This document shows, piece after piece, positions 5,979 through 11,163 of a stretch of DNA of 11,163 nt. Position 1 is the stretch's first letter; each line of letters begins with the position of its first letter. A model generated the notes under the pieces. It saw only the letters and a program-made list of their open reading frames with translations. It was not told the DNA's origin and ran no database searches. Position numbers and translations under genes: made by a program. This stretch comes from Armatimonadota bacterium (lineage in GTDB: Bacteria; Armatimonadota; Armatimonadia; Armatimonadales; Armatimonadaceae): NCBI GenBank assembly GCA_043754515.1, contig JAYUUO010000171.1, positions 1 to 11,163 of the forward strand. The letters are read 5' to 3'.

Positions 5979-8534
5979 CTAGGCGGGTGATCTTCCCCGC
6001 GCCACGGCGACCAACAGGGCGATGTCGTCGCGGGCACCTGTCCCGGCGAAATCGTCCACGCCCGCGATCAGGTGGGCCGATATAGCGTCCCCTACCGTTC
6101 CCGGAGTGCCGTCACTCCAGACGTCCTGTCCGCCCGCCCGCGTGACCACCCGCCGGAACAGTTCGGCGACGCCCTCGATCCGGAGCAGGTTTTTGTGGTT
6201 CGGACCGGCCTCGGTCAAGCCGTCGGTGAACGCGGCGAGCACGTCCCCGTCCGCGAGCGTCACCGACGCCTGCTGGAATGCCGCCGTGTCGAACCCGCCC
6301 AATACCGGCCCCGTCGCCGGGAGTAGTTCGACCGTGCCCGTCCCCGCCCGCCACAGAAGGGTGGGTTCCTGCCCGCAATTTACGTACGTCAGAGTGCGCG
6401 AACCGGCGTCATATACCGCGACGAACAGCGTGGCGAAGTTCGTCAACAGGTCGTCAACGAGGATGCGGTTCACCTCCGTGATCGTCGCCGCGAGCGGGAG
6501 GGGACAGCCGCCTTCGCCGGACGCCGCGGTGCCCGCGTCGGTTCCGCCCGGAATGACGCCCCGCACAGCGTTGCGCAGGGCGTACCGGAGGGAGTTCGTG
6601 ACGACAGAGACGGTTCGTGCCGCCGCGAGTCCCTTGCCGCTCAGATCGCCTACGCACAGTGCCGATAGGTCGCCCCCCAGACTGTACGCGGCGAGGAAGT
6701 CGCCGCCGACCGCGGCTTCGGCGAGCGCGGGCTTGTAAAACCCGCTCAGGGCGAGGCCCGGCACGGTCTCGGGGAGCGGGGGCAGGAGTATGTCCTGGAG
6801 TTGCACGGCGATATTATGTTCGCGGGCGTGTAAGCGGGCGGAGTCTACCGCGGCGCGCATCAGTGCCGCCGTCGCCTCGATCAAAACTACCTCGCCCGTG
6901 GTCCAGTCGCGCGGCGTGCCCGTTCTGCCCGCCGACATGCCGCCGATGGTATCTCCCGCCGCATTGAGGAAGGGTACGTTCACGAACGCCGTGACCTCCA
7001 TCTGGGCGAACAACGTCCGCGTGTCGGGCGATAAAGCGGTCGCGTTAGCGACATCGGAGAAAACGCTGGTTACCCCGCGCTCCATCGCCGCGCCGGAAAG
7101 GGATCGCCACATCGCCGTCGGGAAGATGCCCGCGAGCGAGGGAAGGCCCTCACGGCGCCAATCATGCGCGACGTGCCAGGCTTCGTGGGCGGGCTCGAAA
7201 ATGGCGGCGTGGCAAAGGCTGAGATCGAGTGCCTCGCTCAAAAGGGCGGTCGCCTTCGCCTTCATCTCGATGGAATCGTCGGTGGCCCGGACCGCGGCGG
7301 AGATCCGCTTTAGTATAAGTTCGTGTTCGGCGACCACGCGTCGCTCCTCGATGAGCCGCTCCCGCTCCTGCTCCCACCGCTTACGCTCGGTGAGATCAAT
7401 GCCGTGTATCAGGATGCCGGACACGGTGCCGTCCCGGTCACGGAGCGGGAGGTATGCGAAGTCAAGGAAATGCTCTTCCAGCGGTTCCTCCGGGGTCGTT
7501 TCAAGCATAACGCGGACGTACTTCGCCGTGAATGGCTCGCCGGTCTGGAACACCGCGTCCAGTTTGGCGATGAAACCCTGCTCGGTAGCCTCGGGGATGG
7601 CGACCGCGACGGATCTGCCGATCAGCTCGCGGCCGAGTCCGACCAGACGGTGGTAGGGCAGGTTCACCATCTCAAAGATGTGCTCGCGCCCACGTGCTAC
7701 GCCCATGAAAGACGGGGTTTGCAGAAAGATCTCCGCGAATTGGGCGCGTTCGATATCGCCGGCTTCCTTCCCGTCCGTGATGTCACGCGCGCTGACGAGC
7801 AGTTGCCCATCGGATCCCCCCGCGCCCGCGAGTGGCGTGACGATCACATCCCACCAGCGCGGCTCGCCTGTTCCCGTCGCGCGGGACACCTGGAACCGTC
7901 CGCCGTCGCCCGCCCGCGCGGCACGGAGCGCGTCGCGGGCGGCGACCAGCCCGTCACCATCCTGGAACGAGAGCCAGTCCGCGCCGGAAGCCGAGGCGGG
8001 GTGAACACCGCCGACCAGGACGCGCCCGCTCTCGTTCAGGGTCAGAATGTGTCCGTCCGCATCCAGCGTCAGGATGCCGTCGGGGCTACCTTCGACGATG
8101 CGGCGGGGTGTGTCGCCTTGCTCGCGTGGGCCGGACTCCGGCGGTCGGCGGTCCGAAACGTCGCGGAACACCATCACGACTCCGGACAGGTCGCCGCGTT
8201 CGTCGCGAACGGGGGTGCCGCTGTTCTCGATAGCAAGCCGCGCCCCGCCCTGGCGGTGCAGAATCGTGTGGTTCGTCAGACCGACCTCCACGCCGTCGCG
8301 CAGGACACGATCCACGGGGCTGTCTACGGGTTTTCGGGATGTTTCTCCCATCAGATCGAGGACGAGTTTCGAGTCAAGGCCGAAAGCCTCGGCGGTCGTC
8401 CATCCCGTAAGCCGCTCCGCGACGGGGTTGAGCAGGGTCACCTTGCCTACCGCGTCGGTAATGAGGACGCCGTCACCGACGGACTGGAGAACCGCGCTGA
8501 AGGGCGACTTCGGTTGGCTGGCTGGGGAAATCAT
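5979..8534 (-). CDS. PAS-PAS-PAS-GAF-SpoIIE family (RsbU-like PP2C) protein phosphatase, 851 aa
   Basis: PAS1 (LQSVGDGVLITDAVGKVTLLNPVAERLTGW...GVVMVFRDVSDR), PAS2 (SPDGILTLDADG...SARDITD), PAS3 (FEMVNLPY...GIDLTERK), then a GAF (RDWTTGEVVLIE). PP2C metal-binding motifs VGGDF, GDLSGKG, FTDGLTEA and DDIALL are all intact. Start placed at ATG 8534 because the ORF-track extension to 8768 is non-homologous and contains the promoter and the inverted repeat. Confidence 0.93.
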   Translation of the reverse strand: MISPASQPKSPFSAVLQSVGDGVLITDAVGKVTLLNPVAERLTGWTTAEAFGLDSKLVLDLMGETSRKPVDSPVDRVLRDGVEVGLTNHTILHRQGGARLAIENSGTPVRDERGDLSGVVMVFRDVSDRRPPESGPREQGDTPRRIVEGSPDGILTLDADGHILTLNESGRVLVGGVHPASASGADWLSFQDGDGLVAARDALRAARAGDGGRFQVSRATGTGEPRWWDVIVTPLAGAGGSDGQLLVSARDITDGKEAGDIERAQFAEIFLQTPSFMGVARGREHIFEMVNLPYHRLVGLGRELIGRSVAVAIPEATEQGFIAKLDAVFQTGEPFTAKYVRVMLETTPEEPLEEHFLDFAYLPLRDRDGTVSGILIHGIDLTERKRWEQERERLIEERRVVAEHELILKRISAAVRATDDSIEMKAKATALLSEALDLSLCHAAIFEPAHEAWHVAHDWRREGLPSLAGIFPTAMWRSLSGAAMERGVTSVFSDVANATALSPDTRTLFAQMEVTAFVNVPFLNAAGDTIGGMSAGRTGTPRDWTTGEVVLIEATAALMRAAVDSARLHAREHNIAVQLQDILLPPLPETVPGLALSGFYKPALAEAAVGGDFLAAYSLGGDLSALCVGDLSGKGLAAARTVSVVTNSLRYALRNAVRGVIPGGTDAGTAASGEGGCPLPLAATITEVNRILVDDLLTNFATLFVAVYDAGSRTLTYVNCGQEPTLLWRAGTGTVELLPATGPVLGGFDTAAFQQASVTLADGDVLAAFTDGLTEAGPNHKNLLRIEGVAELFRRVVTRAGGQDVWSDGTPGTVGDAISAHLIAGVDDFAGTGARDDIALLVAVARGRSPA

Positions 8535-8648
8535 GCGCCGATTATAGCACGAATTATCGTTCGAGGCTGGATTTTCCGCTGTAGGTCGCCCCCGAGACGC
8601 GGTTCTCCAGTCCATCGGTGACGGCGGCCTCATTACCAACGCGGTAGG
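8446..8648. repeat. Inverted repeat pair 8446-8496 / 8598-8648 (51 bp, 3 mismatches): inverted copy of phosphatase codons ~13-30
   Basis: Gene sense CGCGGTTCTCCAGTCCGTCGGTGACGGCGTCCTCATTACCGACGCGGTAGG versus plus strand 8598-8648 CGCGGTTCTCCAGTCCATCGGTGACGGCGGCCTCATTACCAACGCGGTAGG. There is an additional inner match GTCGCCC (8585-8591) / GGGCGAC (8502-8508). Confidence 0.95.
8541..8549 (-). promoter_or_regulatory. Extended -10 promoter (TGnTATAAT) for a probably leaderless phosphatase mRNA
   Basis: The minus strand reads TGCTATAAT-CGGCGC-ATG: a perfect extended -10 with 6 nt to the ATG at 8534 and no SD. Confidence 0.75.
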
Positions 8649-8712
8649 GGTGGCCGCCTTCGCCGGACGCCACGCCGCCGCCCGCGACAGATCCGACAGG
8701 AGGACCGCCGCA

Positions 8713-8919
8713 TCACGGGGGGACTGCCTTCTGCTCAGCCGCCCGCACCGTGATATGGGGGAGGACATCGGTTAAGATCGCGGTTATGTTCTTCCGAATG
8801 CCGAAGACGATCGCGGAGATGAAAACGACAATGATCACCCCGGCCGCCACCGCGCAGATGGTCAGTAGGGTTTGCCCTTTTCCGGAGCGCAGGGCGAGAG
8901 TCCAGGCGAAGTTCCTCAT
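8713..8919 (-). pseudogene. Truncated ABC transporter permease (LolC/E, MacB/FtsX-like), N-terminal 68 aa only
   Basis: MRNFAWTLALRSGKGQTLLTICAVAAGVIIVVFISAIVFGIRKNITAILTDVLPHITV is the TM1 plus PHITV pattern of LolC/E-type permeases, which are normally about 400 aa. SD-like TAAGGA upstream. It stops after 68 codons with no room for the remainder. Confidence 0.8.
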
Positions 8920-8929
8920 GGGGTTACAT

Positions 8930-9192
8930 CCTTAGCCGTCTTACCCATATTTTTCGGGTTCCCGCCATCGGAGGCGACCTCGCGCCGGATTCTAAGAGGA
9001 GCACCCGCCGTGAACTTGATCTTCGGGTCGGTGACGATCCGCTCGCCGCTGGAGTCCTTCCAGAATAGTTACTTGATCGCCGACTACTTCGCCGGGCAGA
9101 ACGGTCCGCCAGCGGGCGCGTCCCCCTGCGGCATCTATTATAGAATGGTTGCTACCATCACTGCGCAACGCTACTGTAGAAATAAAATTAGC
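8930..9192 (-). pseudogene. C-terminal remnant of an efflux periplasmic adaptor (MFP, HlyD/MacA-like), frameshifted
   Basis: Manual translation gives ANFISTVALRSDGSNHSIIDAAGGRARWRTVLPGEVVGDQVTILEGLQ, then after a frameshift near 9048 GERIVTDPKIKFTAGAPLRIR. This matches the MFP membrane-proximal pattern (G.A..R.V..G....V.I.EGL..GE.VV). It lies directly upstream of the permease fragment. Boundaries are approximate. Confidence 0.7.
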
Positions 9193-9480
9193 CTTTATAG
9201 ACTGACTTTACTCTATAAATATCCTTAATAATTGAAAAACATTAGTTGTTATTGGTTTGGCGTCCTCTCATCAAGGGGACAACTAAAGTGCGCATTGGCG
9301 AGGAAGGGGAGACGCGGACGGAACGAACGCTCTCCCTTGAAAATCCAACGTGAACCCTGAATGCCTCCGCGCGGTGCATTAGCATACGGCGGGACATCCT
9401 CCGTTGCCCCTATCGCGGGACTCAGACATCGCGACGCGGGGTTTCTTTCACCCAAAGTCTGACTCTCGGGGATATTCATC

Positions 9481-10134
9481 ATGCACAACGATTCGCAACT
9501 GCAAAGCGACGTGTTAGCGGAGCTCAAGTGGAAGCCGAACGTGGACGCGGCGCACATCGGTGTCGCGGCGACAGATCATGTGGTCACGCTGACTGGGCAG
9601 GTAGCCCACTACACGGAGAAGGTGGCCGCGGAGAATGCGGCGAAGGGCGTCTACGGGGTCCGCGGGGTCGCGAACGACATCACCGTCGAACTCCCGTTCA
9701 TGAGCAAGCAAACCGACCAGGACATCGCGGCGGCGGCGTTGAGTTCCATGAAGTGGGACTTCGAGGTGCCCAAGGAGCAGGTCAAAGTCATCGTCAAACA
9801 CGGCTGGATCACGCTCGAAGGCGACGTTGATTGGCAGTACCAGAAGGACGCGGCCAAACGGTGTGTTCAGTACCTGATGGGTGTCACGGGGGTAACGGAT
9901 TCCATCACGATCAAGCCGAAGGCGAGTTGGATAGATGTCAAGATCAAGATCGAGGACGCGTTCCGCCGCAACGCGGATTTAGACGCCCGCCGCATCGGGG
10001 TAAGCACGCACGACGGCAAGGTGACTCTAAGTGGTAGCGTCTCCTCTTGGGCGGAGCGCGACGCGGCGGTGTCCGCGGCCTGGTCCGCGCCGGGCGTGAC
10101 CGCCATTGTGAACGACCTTACTATCGCGATTTAG
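9481..10134 (+). CDS. Triple BON-domain (OsmY-like) protein without signal peptide
   Basis: Three repeats of D..I...V...L......I.V....G.VTL.G.V.......A...A....GV..V.N.I.V. SD-like GGGGA upstream of the ATG. The first BON starts at residue 4, so there is no signal. Confidence 0.93.
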   Translation: MHNDSQLQSDVLAELKWKPNVDAAHIGVAATDHVVTLTGQVAHYTEKVAAENAAKGVYGVRGVANDITVELPFMSKQTDQDIAAAALSSMKWDFEVPKEQVKVIVKHGWITLEGDVDWQYQKDAAKRCVQYLMGVTGVTDSITIKPKASWIDVKIKIEDAFRRNADLDARRIGVSTHDGKVTLSGSVSSWAERDAAVSAAWSAPGVTAIVNDLTIAI

Positions 10135-10154
10135 GGCGGACTGGTTCGCTTACA

Positions 10155-10197
10155 CCGGTCGGGAGCCGTATCGGCTGGCGGCGCGGCTCCCGACCGG
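10155..10197. other. Intergenic 14-bp perfect hairpin without U-tract
   Basis: CCGGTCGGGAGCCG (10155-10168) pairs with CGGCTCCCGACCGG (10184-10197) around a 15-nt loop, 20 nt after the BON stop. Confidence 0.75.
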
Positions 10198-10264
10198 CGC
10201 GTACCTAATCGGAAGCCGCCTCGCTGGACCGAGTCCACGCGGGTGGCCACACGGGGAACTTAAA

Positions 10265-10885
10265 ATGACACAAACGACAAGAATGGCATCGATCGGAAAA
10301 GACGCGGATCTGATGACCGTAATCAACGATAAGATAGCGGTCGCGGTGTACCGGTCGCATCAGGACGCGGAGAACGCGGTCCGGGACCTCCAGAAGGTCG
10401 GATTCGACATGAAGAAACTGTCCATCGTGGGCAGGGACTACCACACCGAGGAGCATGTCGTCGGCTACTACACCACAGGCGATCGGATGATGGCGTGGGG
10501 CAACTCCGGGGCTTTCTGGGGCGGCGTCTGGGGGCTGTTCGTCGGCGGGGCGTTCTTCATGATCCCCGGTGTCGGGCCTATATTGATGGCGGGCCCCATC
10601 GTCGTCGCGCTGGTCGGAATGCTGGAGGGCGCGTTCATCGTCGGCGGGCTGAGCGCGCTGGGCGGTGCCCTGGTGAGCCTCGGGATGGGACAGGACAATG
10701 CCGTGATGTACGAGACCGAGATCGCGGCGGGCAAGTTCCTCCTGCTCGTACACGGCACGCCGGACGACATCGCCCGTGCGCGTGGCATTCTGGAATTGAG
10801 CGAGCGCGAGGAAGATACGGCGTACTCGGAATCGGAATCGTCCGCCGCGCGCGTGGTCGGGAACGTCCGTGTGACGGACGGGTGA
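10265..10885 (+). CDS. General stress protein (YflT/17M-like N-terminus with Gly-rich membrane hairpin)
   Basis: VAVYRSHQDAENAVRDLQKVGFDMKKLSIVGRDYHTEEHVVGYY...GAFWGGVWGLF.G...IPGVGPILMAGP...GGLSALGGALVSLG...YETEIAAGKFLLLVHG is the characteristic pattern of this family. The start may be 10265 or a slightly later ATG. Confidence 0.85.
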   Translation: MTQTTRMASIGKDADLMTVINDKIAVAVYRSHQDAENAVRDLQKVGFDMKKLSIVGRDYHTEEHVVGYYTTGDRMMAWGNSGAFWGGVWGLFVGGAFFMIPGVGPILMAGPIVVALVGMLEGAFIVGGLSALGGALVSLGMGQDNAVMYETEIAAGKFLLLVHGTPDDIARARGILELSEREEDTAYSESESSAARVVGNVRVTDG

Positions 10886-11163
10886 GCAGCATCCTTACGC
10901 ACCCGGTGACGCCGCTCCCCCAGAGGTTTGATCGCAGAACGCTACTCAAGATTGCGGCGACGACCGGGGGCACGGCATTACTCGGGGACGCCCTGCTGAC
11001 GTTCGCGCCTTGGCTCGACTACGAGCGGCAGGCGAACCGGACCTGGACTACGCCGTTCGACGGCAGCGCGGGCGATGGGCAACCATTACGGGGGCTGATC
11101 CGCTACGCTACGCTCGCCCCCAGCGGCCACAACACGCAGCCCTGGAAGTTCACCGCGCGGGGG
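10882..11163 (+). CDS. Acg-type nitroreductase-family (FMN-binding) protein with Tat signal, partial (runs off window)
   Basis: GTG at 10882 overlaps the upstream TGA (GTGA). Translation: MSSILTHPVTPLPQRFDRRTLLKIAATTGGTALLG...LIRYATLAPSGHNTQPWKF. DRRTLLK is a Tat motif and APSGHNTQPW is the nitroreductase/Acg motif. Absent from the ORF track because there is no stop in the window. Confidence 0.88.
   Translation, partial: MSSILTHPVTPLPQRFDRRTLLKIAATTGGTALLGDALLTFAPWLDYERQANRTWTTPFDGSAGDGQPLRGLIRYATLAPSGHNTQPWKFTARG

Noticed and set aside
7323..8621. Long antisense ORFs (432 aa at 7323..8621, also 3108..3950, 6022..6738, 6790..7656, 5297..5734, 10205..10753)
   Set aside because: Shadow ORFs expected opposite GC3-rich genes. 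The other strand carries clear domain motifs.
8446..8648. DGR template/variable repeat pair
   Set aside because: Only 51 bp with three differences, one of which is not at an adenine. The target is an N-terminal PAS rather than a C-terminal ligand-binding domain, and there is no reverse transcriptase in the window.
8535..8768. N-terminal 78-aa extension of the 929-aa phosphatase ORF
   Set aside because: Covers the promoter, the inverted repeat arm and the permease remnant, and has no domain-like character.
9190..9480. Sigma70, SigB, ECF or FNR-type promoter for the BON operon
   Set aside because: The region is AT-rich with TTGAAA, GGAAC and GTTT half-sites, but no partner box at the correct spacing could be identified.

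Overview
GC-rich bacterial window. The gene styles (secreted protein with a FlgD-Ig-like tail, carboxypeptidase-regulatory-like lipoprotein, PAS/GAF/SpoIIE phosphatase with an NCGQEP motif) suggest Armatimonadota, which is inference only. From left to right: (1) an IS5-family element, running off the left edge, inserted into an already inactivated IS630 transposase; (2) a ~180-bp REP/REPIN-like inverted doublet and a structured leader; (3) a two-gene envelope operon encoding a 1071-aa secreted protein with a degenerate gluzincin-like motif and C-terminal FlgD-Ig-like domain, plus a Tat-type lipoprotein; (4) a convergent minus-strand pair, PAS-PAS-PAS-GAF-SpoIIE (PP2C) phosphatase and an atypical stand-alone receiver; (5) remnants of a MacAB/LolCE-like exporter operon; (6) the start of a stress/dormancy-like operon (triple-BON protein, general stress protein, Tat-signal Acg-type nitroreductase). 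The most unusual structure is a 51-bp inverted duplication (48/51 identical) of the phosphatase's 5' coding sequence. It brackets a perfect extended -10 promoter and an apparently leaderless start codon, so it could be an invertible ON/OFF switch or a cis-antisense hairpin.
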